Positions 13,386-26,674 of a DNA stretch of 64,000 nt are shown piece after piece. Origin of the DNA: Amphiscolops sp. MND2022 (taxonomy: Eukaryota); assembly GCA_964187785.1 (NCBI GenBank), contig OZ076409.1:44518001-44582000 (forward strand). Reading direction: 5' to 3'. The notes below the pieces were generated by a model. It was not told where the DNA came from, did not search any database, and was given only the letters and a program-made list of their open reading frames with translations. The translations under genes and the position numbers were made by a program. Within the stretch, counting starts at the first letter, position 1. Every line of letters begins with the position of its first letter.

Positions 13386-14201
13386 CACCAGAGCCGCATG
13401 TGCGGTAAAGGAGTCGGCTTAGGTATTTTTTTCTGAAGTCGAAAAATGGCCCTTTTTTGACCATTTTTGGGCTAATTTTGGCTATGTTGCTCACATCCCA
13501 GCCATACGATTTTGATGCCATTGCACATATACGACTCTAATATGGTGTAAAATATTTGTAAAAAAATTTCGTTCGAATCGTATGGACAGTTTTTGAGAAA
13601 ATCGAAAAAAGTCGAAAAATGGCTAATTTTTGGCCATTTTTGGGCTAATTTTGGCTATGTTTCTCACATCCCAGCCATACGATTTTGATGCCATTGCACA
13701 TATAGGACTCTAATATGGTGTAGAATATCTGTAGAGAATTTCGTTCGAATCGTATGGACAGTTTTTGAGAAAATCGAAAAAAGTCGAAAAATGGCTGTTT
13801 TTTGGCCATTTTTGGGCTAATTTTGGCTATGTTTCTCACATCCCAGCCATACGATTTTGATGCCATTGCACATATAGGACTCTAATATGGTGTAGAATAA
13901 CTGTAGAAAATTTCGTTCGAATCGTATGGACAGTTTTTGAGAAAATCGAAAAAACTCGAAAAATGGCTGTTTTTTGGCCATTTTTGGGCTAATTTTGGCT
14001 ATGTTTCTCACATCCCAGCCACACGATTTTGATGCCTTTGCACACGCGGGGGCCCCTTTGGGTGTAGAATGACTGTGCAAAATTTCGTGAAAATCGTATG
14101 GACAGTTTTTGAGAAATTTGAAATTTTCATGAAAAGGTCGGGAGAAAAAAAAAAAACATCACGATTGCATAAGTAGTCGAAGATTTTTTCCGACTCCTAA
14201 A
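13386..14201 (-). mobile_element. Helentron-associated non-autonomous element (HINE/DINE-1-like) with ~4 internal ~172-bp tandem repeats
   Basis: Subterminal inverted repeats AGGAGTCGG (13409-13417) / CCGACTCCT (14190-14198), terminal hairpin CCGCATGTGCGG, partial inverted copy AGTAGTCGA next to one subTIR, tandem units 13436-14120. Confidence 0.7.
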
Positions 14202-14306
14202 AACAAAACAACCAATGAAATTTTAGAAACTTGAGTGAAACTAGAGCTTTCCAAAAAAAAGGTCAAATATAAAAACAAAGGACTCTTCTGGGGAAAATCT
14301 ACTTAC

Positions 14307-15465
14307 GGAATAATCTGAGACTCGTTCGGAGTTTTGCAGCTGGGAGCAGAGAACACACCTGAAACTGACACAGGGGGACTGGCACCACTGTCACTCCCTG
14401 ACTCATTGTCCATCACCGAACCCAGGCCAGAGTCGTTGGGGGAGAGTTGACTGAAGGACGTCGAGAGATCTGCCATGCTCTTAAAAGAGCCCCTTTCTGA
14501 CCCAATTTCTCCTACTATCTGGACCGTTTTCTCGTTGCCGTTCGGAATGAAAGGTTTCGACGGGTAAAAGCAGGGCATTGTTGGATCCAATTCCTTCAAC
14601 TTTTTTTTCGGTTTGTCATCCATATCCATCCTGAATTGAACTGAATTGAATCAGGCTTTCTTTGAAATAAGACGTTCTTTGAGGTTAAACGTTATTCAGT
14701 ATCAAAGATGTATTTTAAAGTTCTGATGGTAGAAACGTTCAAAATTCGGAAAGCTAAGCATTTTTGGTACTATTTATCAACTTCATTGATGCCACCCTTT
14801 GTAAGCCAGAGCCGCATATGCGGTAAAGGAGTTGGATTAGGACTTTTTCCTTCTGTCTCGCTCGAATCTCAGTCATACGAAATTGATGAAATTTCACATA
14901 TTACGCTCCTATATGATGTGGAAAGACTTTATGAAAGTTCTTTCAAATCGTTAAAAATTTGTTTGACAAAATCGAAAAAAGCCCCAAATTGGTCATTTTT
15001 TTAAAGCAAATTTTGGCTATTTTTCTCAGATTCCAGGAATACGATTTTGATGCCATTACACAGATAGGACCTTCATATGGTGTAGAATGGTTGTAAAAAA
15101 TCCTTCGAACCGTATGGACAGTTTTTGAGGAAATCGAAAAAAGTCCAAAAATAGATGCTTTTGGCTGATTTTGGCTGTTTCTTAAATCCCAGTATAAAAA
15201 TTGTATGAGCAAATTCTGAGAGATTTGAAATTTTCTTTGAAAGGTCGGGAGAAAAGAAAGTTACGATTGCATAAGTAGTCGAAAATTCTTTCCGACTCCT
15301 AATAAAATGAAAATATCTCTTTTTATTCAAGAAACAATTTTTGAAATTTAATTTTTGCTAGATTGAATTTCTCTGCAACATATTGATGATGAAAGAAAAA
15401 ATTGCTTACTTTGGAATGTTGTCTATTGAGTCTTCGATAGTAATTCCATCATCCTGAGACGCCAT
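14307..15465 (-). CDS. Probable host gene, first two coding exons (15465-15410 and 14630-14307), Ser-rich protein of unknown function
   Basis: Exon 1 MASQDDGITIEDSIDNIP-AA|GTAAGC joins in phase to TTCAG|G-ATGGATATG (KMDMDDKPKKK...); exon 2 ends CC|GTAAGT; no stops; downstream exons not identified. Confidence 0.6.
14805..15302 (-). mobile_element. Second, more diverged HINE-like copy with fewer internal units, inside the intron of the host gene
   Basis: Same ends (CCAGAGCCGCATATGCGGTAAAGGAGTTGG ... TTCCGACTCCTAA) and the same internal unit as 13386-14201. Confidence 0.7.
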
Positions 15466-16532
15466 TTAAATGCGTTATTTTGAACCAGGATGTTCAAATC
15501 TTTTTTTGGAAAACAGTTAACAGCTTCTCAAGTTCACTTCAAACTTCCCAGTGAGAAAAAAATTGAGACTGAAAAGTCAACTGAATGACCATTAATAAAC
15601 GCGGGAATTTAAAAACTGCTTCTCAAGTTTTGTTCACTTCGTGTTTACGATTCAACTTTTTTTCCACTGAAAACTTTTTCATTCATAATTGACCAAATTG
15701 TTGTATCAAACTAATTTCTCTTGGCAAATTCTGAACGACGAAGTTGATCGATGAGAAATCCGGAGTGCCAAATTCAAGTCATCGGCACAATAACGTTTGA
15801 AACGAAAGTTGAAATACCGAGAAATAACGATAAGTCCAAAGCCCTTGTGATGATTTATCCGTGGAGATAAACAATATTGAATTGTTCAATTCCGCCTAAT
15901 TTGTTAAGAAAAGCCAAAACAACAAATTGGTTCTTATTTTTCATTTTAAAATAGGTGTCTAAACATTCAAATCTCAAATTTTCAAATTTGAAAGTGAAAA
16001 TAAAATACAAGTTCGGGATGATTATCTATGGGAGCGAATGTAAATAAACCATCATGACTGATTATCTACAGCAGATAAATTTCGATAATAGTCTATGGTT
16101 GTCATGATTTCAAAATGAAAGAAGCCTTGAAAAGTTGAGATCATGATGGAATGTCGAGAACGAGCAATGATTTGTTTTTCACCTGAGAGGTCAGGTAATC
16201 TTCAGTCTTATATTAAAATTTTTCGAATGAAAAACATTCAACAAATTGCTAGAAAATCTTCAGCTTTACCTTTCGAAAAACCAGCTATTTTTAAGTGAAC
16301 CAGTCCAGTTTAAATTCTGAACTCCAAAAATTACCACACAGCAGTCATTTCAATGAGTTTACAACGAACACCAAGCCTGTTAGGGTAATATACAATAGTG
16401 TGAACAAAGTTCCTGTGTCCTGTTTGTCTGAAAAGTTCCGTACAATGAATATTTTCAGAGATACTGAAAACCAGCAAAGTTCCGAACAAAATCAGTGAAA
16501 GTTTCATGAAGTTTCTGTTCATTTAAGTGTGT

Positions 16533-17848
16533 TGTCACAGCCCGCTCCCGGCTGTTATTGCTTTAAACGCTCTTGTTTTGGGTAAATATACTAGTGTGAA
16601 CTAATTGGAATGCTTTTTGTGACGTCATCGACACAGCTACGTTAGCAATACGTTATTATTTGGAATAATTTTGTGACGTCACTAATTCGACAATTGGAAT
16701 GATTTTCTAATGCGCAACGTAACGTCTCCGTAAACCGCTGGTCAGCTATAGCTAATTTTATTACGTACGGAGCGCTTACGGAGCAAATTGTAAAGTTCTA
16801 AAGCTATACCTAATCTTAATACGTACAGAGCGCTTACGGAGCAAATTGTGAAACTGTAAAGCTATACCTAATTTTATTACGTACGGAGCGCTTACGGAGC
16901 AATTGTAAGACTGTAATTATCAAATTAGGGTCTTAAAAACAATTTAGTAGGAATTTTCCTCAAGAATTGATGAAATTCAAAGATTTTCTGAATAGAATGC
17001 AACGTAAGGGCAACGTCATATTATTGGATATTTTCTTTTGAATGTAGTTTATACTAATATTTTCATTGAGTGTTCTGCATTTATACTATGAAATCGAAAT
17101 TGTCAATCGAAGTAATAACGTGTTAATGTCACTAATCGATGTTCTGATTAGCGTTTTCTCAAGTGTGGAATTTGTTGACCGAATGGTCTCCGTTGTTTTA
17201 GTATTTATGTGATTGTATGTTTATCTTAGATATTTTTACGTCGTTTTATGTTCGTGCTAAAAATAATGGCAATAACTTGAAACTGTTATTCCGGTATCAT
17301 TTGTTCCTTTTCATCAGTATTCAAATGTTTCCGCTCTCAAAATAACTCCGCTCCGTTTTTGTTGCGTTGCCATTTTTGCTCGTCATACTTTTATCTTGAA
17401 TATTTGGATTCTCAACTTGGAAATTGACTAATTGATCACGCCGGCGTGCCTCCGTCGTTGAAAATATCAAGCAAGCTCTCATTTTGCAGCCATTTTGACG
17501 CTGAAACAGGAAGTGTATCGTTTGAACAAAAATGATTTCAACAAATATTACGGAAGGTTGACGCGACTAGGAATTTCGATACCTGATTTAGTGACGCGGG
17601 ACTGAAATAATTAGAATCAACTGGGTTTTTGCATGAACAAACCCGATTTTTTTGATACCTAGGAATTTTTAGGTGAGGAACAAATGATGCTAGGAACGTA
17701 TAAATATGTTTGTTTTGTAAATTAAATCAGCTAGTTAATAGTGATCATTGTTGCATTGTTTTACTCCGTTGTTGAAACGAGTTTGGAAATTCAAATTCTT
17801 TCAATCTCCTTGTTTCAACTAAAATATGAAAACTCGAAGTCAGAAAAG
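16533..17848 (+). mobile_element. Truncated, diverged LTR related to Gypsy family A (opposite orientation), with 3 x ~57-bp internal repeats
   Basis: Starts TGTCACAGCCCGCTCCCGG (cf. TGTCACGACCCGCTCCCGG at 3234 minus); reverse-complement similarity to 700-2500; ends at the gag start MKTRSQK; repeats at 16745-16915. Confidence 0.75.
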
Positions 17849-18022
17849 CCTTAAAATATTTTCATTGCATCTACATCAACTTCCATAAAAAATTAAAACG
17901 ACTACCTAAAATAACACTGCGTTAGGTAGTCGTAACATGTGTTGGTGTTTTTTAAACACAAAAAATGACTGAAATTTCTACGGAGAGGATTCCACCTCGA
18001 TGTCGTAACTTTAAAGTAAACT

Positions 18023-18720
18023 TTACCCCAGTCGAACTCCCATACATTTCTTGCAAGAATCTTGCAGAAGTGGTACATATCAGACACTATCTGCAAGAAT
18101 CTTGCAAGTATCTTACATTTCAGACAAACCTGTCAGATTCTGGCAGATCAGACATTTCTTCCAGATGCAGACGTTTCTTGCTAGATTCTTGCAGGTCAAG
18201 ACATTTCTGGCAAGATTCCTGGACGGATGCTGTAAATATCTTTCAATTCGAAACTTTCATACTCTTTATCCGATTTACTTTCAAGATTCATGCATTTTCT
18301 TCCAAGTTACTTCTAAAATTCAGGCAGTTTCTTCCAAGTTACTTTTAAAAGTCAGGCATTTTCTTCCAAGTTACTTCCTAGATCAGACATTTTCCAAGTT
18401 ACATCCCAGATCAGTCATTTTCTTCCAAGTTACTTCCAAGTATCACACATTTCTTGCAAGATCTAGCAAAATCAGACTCTGTCGGACATTTTCTTCCAAG
18501 ATCTTCCAGCATACCTGCACTGACTATGATTAGAATAGATAATGAGTAATATCATTATTTTCCACTTCCTTGTTTCCTTCGGCACTTCCAATTCCTTTGT
18601 CCCGCCATCTTTGCAGCGGTACCCTAGTTGAGACTGCTGGAACTTTTTACATGCTGCAGGCCTGTATGCATGGTAATTTGTTATAAAACCTGGAAAATTC
18701 AGAAAGGTTCCGGTGGTAAA
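18023..18720. repeat. Low-complexity MITE-like segment with CTTGCAAG and TTCTTCCAAGTTACTTC sub-repeats
   Basis: Repeated short motifs visible at 18050-18510; TACC...GGTA-type ends are only weakly inverted. Confidence 0.35.
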
Positions 18721-20239
18721 TCTTGTAGAATTACACTGCATTTTCCACTACTGCAATCAAATTTGAAAATATGTCCGCCTTCTTTTACGGACACGATCAC
18801 GTTGTATTCACACATTGCTTTCTCAAATACTCATCTGATTTAGTCACCGCTTCTCAAAGAGGACGCTGAAGATGACGCTAGTTCGCTGTTTACATTGTGA
18901 ATGAATTTAGTTTGCATTAAAATGGCGGCAAAATTGTTAACGTCTCAGCTGCATTTAAAATTAGAACTGATGCGTATTGAAACTTGCAGAACTTCACGGC
19001 TTGAAATTGCCGCCAAAACTTTGATGATTCTTTAAAGCAGCCTGATAAAAGTTGGTGAAAACATGGAAATATTGACGCATTAAAGTTTCCGTAAGATATT
19101 TAGATTATCATATTAAAAGTTGCTGGTAACATTAAAGTACATGTAAAAAGTTCAAGCATGCTCAACAAGGGTATGTAGACCCTCGTCTTGCTCAGGGATG
19201 ATTGGTAAGACTTCTATAAGTATTCGTAGATTTTTGAATTATTTTGGTTATGACCAAATTGACTCCAGAATGACACCAAAATAGTCAAAATATTCACAAA
19301 AATTCATTATTTTTGGACAAGTTTTAGTGTTCAAATATTGTTGACAGTTAGAATTTCCACAAAGTTTGATGACGAAAAAAACAACCACAGCACGCTTTTT
19401 TGAAGCCGAATACGAATATTATAAATAAAAATGACTAATAATTGACCTCAAAAAGCCAAAATTTTTTTTGAAAATTCAATAGCATTTTTCAGACAGTTTT
19501 TGATTGGTTTTGGTAGTTAAAAGACTCGAAGAGTTCAAGAACTAAAAAGACAGCTGTACAATACGCTCATAACAAATGCGTTTTATTTCGAAGTTGAAAT
19601 GTCTAAACTAAAAGTCTCTCAGAACCTACACTTCTGATTTGCAAGGAAAAGTCTTCTGAGTTAATGAAAGATTTGCTTCGGATTTCCGTAGATAGTTTCA
19701 CATACAAAAATTGATCAAAAGAAGTTCGGAGAGTCCGAAGTTTGAAAATGTTTTTTTTTGCCTTTTCACAATGAATTTGTGCAATGTTCGAAAAAAATAT
19801 TGGTGTTTTGTTTTGAGAAAGACTTTGGGTAGCCTGTTGTGTTGACGTGGAACTCCATGAAATCCTAATCTCTGCCACAACTCAAAGACTGAACAAAAAG
19901 TGAATCAGTGGATGAAGTTTGGAAAATCTTGTTTTCTTTGGCTTGATTTGTCATCCAAGAACTCCAAATGTTTCATCGCAAAAACGTGGAAAATCCTTTC
20001 TGGCTTCGTCGTTTAGTTCTGTTGGTGTTTGATTTTTTCAAGAGTCACAAAAAATGCCTGAAGTAGTCAAAATATGGAGTTTTATCTGTTGATGAGGTAG
20101 TTTCGAGCCATTCTTTTAACAAAATAACATCAAAATGCTCTTGGTAACAGCGTAATTAGATAGTTCGCTGGACAGTTATTGAACGCAAGAGGCTTTCTTA
20201 AGAGATGCTATGTTTTCAAGCATTCGGAAGCAGTACAGA

Positions 20240-22050
20240 TGTCGTGAACATTTTAACTAGGGAAATCACCATTTTGGTGACCTTCGTCCTGTTCATTTCT
20301 CGAATTGTTTCTAGCATTTAGATTACGCTGTACTTCGGGATTAATTTCCGGTCTCTCAACTGGAGCGTCCCATCCTTTTCTAGTCACACGTCCTGATCCG
20401 GCCAAAATGACATTTTGAATTTGAGGCAGTACCTGATTGCTTATAGCGTCATTTGTGGCTCTCTGGATCTGAACGCTGACTGAATTCATCATCTCATCCA
20501 TTTCTCTGGATATTCTAGAGTTTAATTCACTAGACAGTTTATTGATCTCAGCTTGAGAACTCACGTCCACTGAATTTTGCCCATTAGCGGTGTTTGCTCT
20601 GACATTAGAATTCATATGATTAGAGTATGAACTACCTCCTTCATTTTCTAGATTATTGCTCGTAACACTATCATGTCTTCTGACAGAAGCACTATCTAAG
20701 CTCTCATCCCTTTCAGTTTATTGAAGTGATTCTCACTTAGCATGATGTCAAGGTTCTCAATATCTGAGAGGATTTCTAAGCCTCTTGATTTCCTGCTTTC
20801 TTTTGCTTTCTTGTGGTAGGTATTGAGAAAAGTCCGAATTAAACAATGAATTACTCAACTCGGAAAATAACAGTGGAACCGTTTGTAGAACAATCTTCAC
20901 TAGGTACGTTAAATATGATTTGTGTCCCACTCAGGCTAAACACCGGTATTTATACCCCTGAGTGGATGACACTCACATTTTCCACAAATTTCTAGTCAAG
21001 ATTGATATCATAAGGTATGTAATGCACATGACATTTCCCAATCTTTTACATATCCTGGGAATTTTGAAAGAGATTAAACTCATACCGCAACTTCAAACAA
21101 CATATTTAACAAAACATCATTATTAGGGTGTCAACAAATGTTAATATGCAACAATGGAATTTGACGCACTCAACTTCATAGAACGGTGTCGGCGCGTGCC
21201 GCCACATGAGTGGGGTTGAGTTCGCTAAAGAATGAAAACACATGCAAAGTCTTATGAATACTTCAAAACAATACTATTTACTAAAATAGCGTAAAATACA
21301 ACGTTTTCATAATAGGGCCGGAATTGGCCAAATCCAAATTATTAGATGAGCATCGGAAGAAAAGGGATAAAATGCCATATTCGTCCATTAATGAAATATC
21401 AGCCTCATTAAGTCATCAGAACAGCACAAGGGCGATTATTTGGTATCAAGATCACGGCTAAAGTAGCACCGGTTGATTGCAGTCACAATTAGAATAGCAA
21501 CATCGTGTTTTTTTGAAATGGCCGGAAACGACTATTTGACCAAAGCGTAGATTAAAATAGTTACCTTGTGTCAATTGGCCCTACTCGGCCACTCTTATAT
21601 TAAACCCGCGCTAGTACAACAAAATGAAGCAACATGATTGGTTGGAATGTTGAGCTCAAGTGACGTTTCCGGAATTAGAGTTGCGTTCACTTGAACTCGT
21701 TTCCGTATTGCCTTGCAGTTAATTCAATTCAGCTTTGCATTGACTTTATCATTACAGCACATTGAATAGCTAATTCACGTTAACAGACTAATGCGGACAA
21801 TTAAACTAAGATCTAAACAAACCAAGATTTACATCATTGAAACGTCTGTCGTAATATTGAAATGTGGGGTTATTTCTCAATAAGGCCATCTATCCGTTTA
21901 ATTTACAAAAGCATTGTTTCTAAAGGTAAAAGCAACATAAAAGTTCATGGAGTTTTAATTCTAAGTATATGGGTAACGTACCGGGTGCTACTTCTTGTCC
22001 GCTTGCCGTTGTAGTTATGTTAGTACCGTCACAAGCGGCAGCCTGCGACA
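20240..22050 (-). mobile_element. Gypsy family B LTR (duplicated copy of the 3' LTR)
   Basis: TGTCGCAGG...TTCACGACA on minus; nearly identical to 24061-25870. Confidence 0.85.
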
Positions 22051-24060
22051 CAGCGGGTGCTTTGAAAAGTAGACTGCCTGCATTAAGTCCGTTCGTGTAC
22101 GCTTCCTTTCTGAGTGCAGAGATATACGCTGGCTCACTCCGTGGCGTTGATAGTTCCATATTCTTCTTTATCTTCTGAGCCTTGATCTCGTCAACTGATT
22201 TCCTACACACCATGCAACTGGTGCATCTTTGAGTGCTAAAATTCCGCAAGTATCACACATTTCTTGCAAGATCTTGCAAAATCAGACTCTGTCGGACTAT
22301 TTCTTCCAAGATCTTCCAGCATACCTGCACTGACTATGATTAGAATAGATAATGAGTAATATCATTATTTTCCACTTCCTTGTTTCCTTCGGCACTTCCA
22401 ATTCCTTTGCCCCGCCATCTTTGCAGCGGTACCCTAGTTGAGACTGCTGGAACTTTTTACATGCTGCAGGCCTGTATGCATGGTAATTTGTTATAAAACC
22501 TGGAAAATTCAGAAAGGTTCCGGTGGTAAATCTTGTAGAATTACACTGCATTTTCCACTACTGCAATCAAATTTGAAAATATGTCCGCCTTCTTTTACGG
22601 ACACGATCACGTTGTATTCACACATTGCTTTCTCAAATACTCATCTGATTTAGTCACCGCTTCTCAAAGAGGACGCTGAAGATGACGCTAGTTCGCTGTT
22701 TACATTGTGAATGAATTTAGTTTGCATTAAAATGGCGGCAAAATTGTTAACGTCTCAGCTGCATTTAAAATTAGAACTGATGCGTATTGAAACTTGCAGA
22801 ACTTCACGGCTTGAAATTGCCGCCAAAACTTTGATGATTCTTTAAAGCAGCCTGATAAAAGTTGGTGAAAACATGGAAATATTGACGCATTAAAGTTTCC
22901 GTAAGATATTTAGATTATCATATTAAAAGTTGCTGGTAACATTAAAGTACATGTAAAAAGTTCAAGCATGCTCAACAAGGGTATGTAGACCCTCGTCTTG
23001 CTCAGGGATGATTGGTAAGACTTCTATAAGTATTCGTAGATTTTTGAATTATTTTGGTTATGACCAAATTGACTCCAGAATGACACCAAAATAGTCAAAA
23101 TATTCACAAAAATTCATTATTTTTGGACAAGTTTTAGTGTTCAAATATTGTTGACAGTTAGAATTTCCACAAAGTTTGATGACGAAAAAAACAACCACAG
23201 CACGCTTTTTTGAAGCCGAATACGAATATTATAAATAAAAATGACTAATAATTGACCTCAAAAAGCCAAAATTTTTTTTGAAAATTCAATAGCATTTTTC
23301 AGACAGTTTTTGATTGGTTTTGGTAGTTAAAAGACTCGAAGAGTTCAAGAACTAAAAAGACAGCTGTACAATACGCTCATAACAAATGCGTTTTATTTCG
23401 AAGTTGAAATGTCTAAACTAAAAGTCTCTCAGAACCTACACTTCTGATTTGCAAGGAAAAGTCTTCTGAGTTAATGAAAGATTTGCTTCGGATTTCCGTA
23501 GATAGTTTCACATACAAAAATTGATCAAAAGAAGTTCGGAGAGTCCGAAGTTTGAAAATGTTTTTTTTGCCTTTTCACAATGAATTTGTGCAATGTTCGA
23601 AAAAAATATTGGTGTTTTGTTTTGAGAAAGACTTTGGGTAGCCTGTTGTGTCGACGTGGAACTCCATGAAATCCTAATCTCTGCCACAACTCAAAGACTG
23701 AACAAAAAAGTGAATCACTGGATGAAGTTTGGGAAATCTTGTTTTCTTTGGCTTGATTTGTCATCCAAGAACTCCAAATGTTTCATCGCAAAAACGTGGA
23801 AAATCCTTTCTGGCTTCATCGTTTAGTTCTGTTGGTGTTTGATTTTTTCAAGAGTTCAAACAACTTCACAAAAAATGCCTGAAGTAGTCAAAATATGGAG
23901 TTTTATCTGTTGATGAGGTAGTTTTGAGCCATTCTTTTAACAAAATAACATCAAAATGCTCTTGGTAACAGCGTAATTAGATAGTTCGCTGGACAGTTAT
24001 TGAACGCAAGAGGCTTTCTTAAGAGATGCTATGTTTTCAAGCATTCGGAAGCAGAACAGA

Positions 24061-25870
24061 TGTCGTGAACATTATAACTAGGGAAATCACCATTTTGGTG
24101 ACCTTCGTCCTGTTCATTTCTCGAATTGTTTCTAACATTTAGATTACGCTGTACTTCGGGATTAGTTTCCGGTCTCTCAACTGGAGCGTCCCATCCTTTT
24201 CTAGTCACACGTCCTGATCCGGCCAAAATGACATTTTGAATTTGAGGCAATACCTTATTGCTTATAGCGTCATTTATGGCTCTCTGGATCTGAACGCTGA
24301 CTGAATTCATCATCTCATCCATTTCTCTGGATATTCTAGAGTTTAATTCACTAGACAGTTTATTGATCTCAGCTTGAGAACTCACGTCCGCTGAATTTTG
24401 CCCATTAGCGGTGTTTGCTCTGACATTAGAATTCATATGATTAAAGTATGAACTACCGCCTTCATTTTCTAGATTAATGCTCGTAACACTATCATGTCTT
24501 CTGACAGAAGCACTATCTAAGCTCTCATCCCTTTCAGTTTATTGAAGTGATTCTCACCTAGCATGATGTCAAGGTTCTCAATATCTGAGAGGTTTTCTAA
24601 GACTCTTGATTTCCTGCTTTCTTTTGCTTTCTTGTGGTAGGTATTGAGAAAAGTCCGAAATAAACAATGAATTACTCAACTCGGAAAATAACAGTGGAAC
24701 CGTTTGTAGAACAATCTTCACTAGGTACGTTAAATATGATTTGTGTCCAACTCAGGCTAAACACCGGTATTTATACCCCTGAGTGGATGACACTCACATT
24801 TTCCACAAATTTCTAGTCAAGATTGATATCATGAGGTATGTAATGCACATGACATTTCCCAATCTTTTACATACCCTGGGAATTTTGAAAGAGATTAAAC
24901 TCATACCGCAACTTCAAACAACATTTTTAACAAAACATCATTTTTAGGGTGTCAACAAATGTTAATATGCAACAATGGAATTTGACGCACTCAACTTCAT
25001 AGAACGGTGTCGGCGCGTGCCGCCACATGAGTGGGGTTGAGTTCGCTAAAGAATGAAAACACATGCAAAGTCTTATGGATACTTCAAAACAATACTTTTA
25101 CTAAAATAGCGTAAAATACAACGTTTTCATAATAGGGCCGGAATTGGCCAAATCCAAATTATTAGATGAGCATCGGAAGAAAAGGGATAAAATGCCATAT
25201 TCGTCCATTAATGAAACAGCAGCCTCATTAAGTCATCAGAACAGCACAAGCGCGATTATTTGGTACTAAGATCACAGCTAAAGTAGCACCGGTTGATTGC
25301 AGTCACAATTAGAATAGCAACATCGTGTTTATTTGAAATGGCCGGAATCGGCTATTTGACCAAAGCGTAGATTAAAATAGTTACCTTGTGTCAATTGGCT
25401 TTACTCGGCCACTCTTATATTAAAGCCGCGCTAGTACAACAAAATGAAGCAACATGATTGGTTGGAATGTTGAGCTCAAGTGACGTTTCCGGAATTAGAG
25501 TTGCGTTCACTTGAACTCGTTTCCGTATTGCCTTGCAGTTAATTCAATTCAGCTTTGCATTGACTTTATCATTACAGCACATTGAATAGCTAATTCACGT
25601 TAACAGACTAATGCGGACAATTAAACTAAGATCTAAACAAACCAAGATTTACATCATTGAAACGTCTGTCGTAATATTGAAATGTGGGGTTATTTCTCAA
25701 TAAGGCCATCTATCCGTTTAATTTACAAAAGCATTGTTTCTAAAAGTAAAAGCAACATAAAAGTTCATGGAGTTTTAATTCTAAATATATGGGTAACGTA
25801 CCGGGTGCTACTTCTTGTCCGCTTGCCGTTGTAGTTATGTTAGTACCGTCACAAGCGGCAGCCTGCGACA
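24061..25870 (-). mobile_element. Gypsy family B 3' LTR (1810 bp)
   Basis: TGTCG...CGACA terminal inverted repeat; homology to 37991-39817 stops exactly at 25870/39817. Confidence 0.88.
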
Positions 25871-26303
25871 CAGCGGGTGCTTTGAAAAGTAGACTGCCTG
25901 CATTAAGTCCGTTCGTGTACGCTTCCTTTCTGAGTGCAGAGATATACGCTGGCTCACTCCGTGGCGTTGATAGTTCCATATTCTTCTTTATCTTCTGAGC
26001 CTTGATCTCGTCAACTGATTTCCTACACACCATGCAACTGGTGCATCTTTGAGTGCTAATATCCGCATAGGGTAGTGAGCCTTGTATGTGGTAAGACGCA
26101 TGAAATCCACTACTCTCGGATTGCATTGAAGGTGTGTCTTGAGAAGTTCCCCTCTCATGAGCAGAGGGAGACATAGGTGATTCTGCAACTGGAAGAATTG
26201 TTTTGCACAGTTCGATCCTCCTTATAACATTGCCTCTTGGTGGCGCGTAACAGAGTTTTTCATCAAAGTAGTCCTTGTGCAACTTAAGCGTAATCTGCAT
26301 CAC
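25740..26303 (-). CDS. Accessory sense ORF of Gypsy B with a CxxCxxC motif; ends inside the 3' LTR
   Basis: 187-aa ORF; ATG overlaps the upstream stop (TGATG); last ~43 codons lie within LTR 24061-25870. Confidence 0.5.
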   Translation of the reverse strand: MMQITLKLHKDYFDEKLCYAPPRGNVIRRIELCKTILPVAESPMSPSAHERGTSQDTPSMQSESSGFHASYHIQGSLPYADISTQRCTSCMVCRKSVDEIKAQKIKKNMELSTPRSEPAYISALRKEAYTNGLNAGSLLFKAPAVSQAAACDGTNITTTASGQEVAPGTLPIYLELKLHELLCCFYF

Positions 26304-26674
26304 AGAGGACGAAGTACTAGTGCCCGGTTCGTCAATTTGTTTGTCATTCTCCTTCCCGCTATTGGTATAGAGCAGGCCTTCACTTGCGTCTCCACCTTCT
26401 TTATCATTTCCTCAGTGTCTGTTGACCAGTCTGAGTCCCATCCATCGGAAGCTTCTTCATCGCTACTTATGGAAATCACAGAGTCTGCTGAGGATTCTGA
26501 GCTGAAATCCATAGAGCTAAAGAGTTTCCTCGCTCTGTTGAATTTATCCATGATGATTTTCTTGGCAATTTTGAGAGTTTTGATGAGCATTTTGTCACTA
26601 GCAAGGTTAAAATCAGAATGAAATTGCCGTCTCTTCAGAGTAAGCCGAATCAGGCTTTTTCCCGAAGTTTCCAA
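26300..26674 (-). CDS. Accessory sense ORF of Gypsy B (acidic/Ser-rich, SDGWDSDWSTDTE)
   Basis: 124-aa ORF directly upstream of and overlapping ORF 25740..26303; may be one gene split by mutation. Confidence 0.45.
   Translation of the reverse strand: METSGKSLIRLTLKRRQFHSDFNLASDKMLIKTLKIAKKIIMDKFNRARKLFSSMDFSSESSADSVISISSDEEASDGWDSDWSTDTEEMIKKVETQVKACSIPIAGRRMTNKLTNRALVLRPL

Larger units (their letters stand above)
18437..26067. repeat. Near-identical tandem segmental duplication, period ~3810 bp (18437-22246 / 22247-26067)
   Basis: TATCACACATTTCTTGCAAG at 18441 and 22251; duplicated ORFs (18628/22438, 20253/24029, 21969/25789); each unit contains flank plus a family B LTR. Confidence 0.95.

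Noticed and set aside
13436..14120. CRISPR-like regular repeats and the repeated ORFs (MASKSYGWDV...)
   Set aside because: Contiguous ~172-bp tandem units with no unique spacers or cas genes; the ORFs are by-products of the repeat in a eukaryotic TE.
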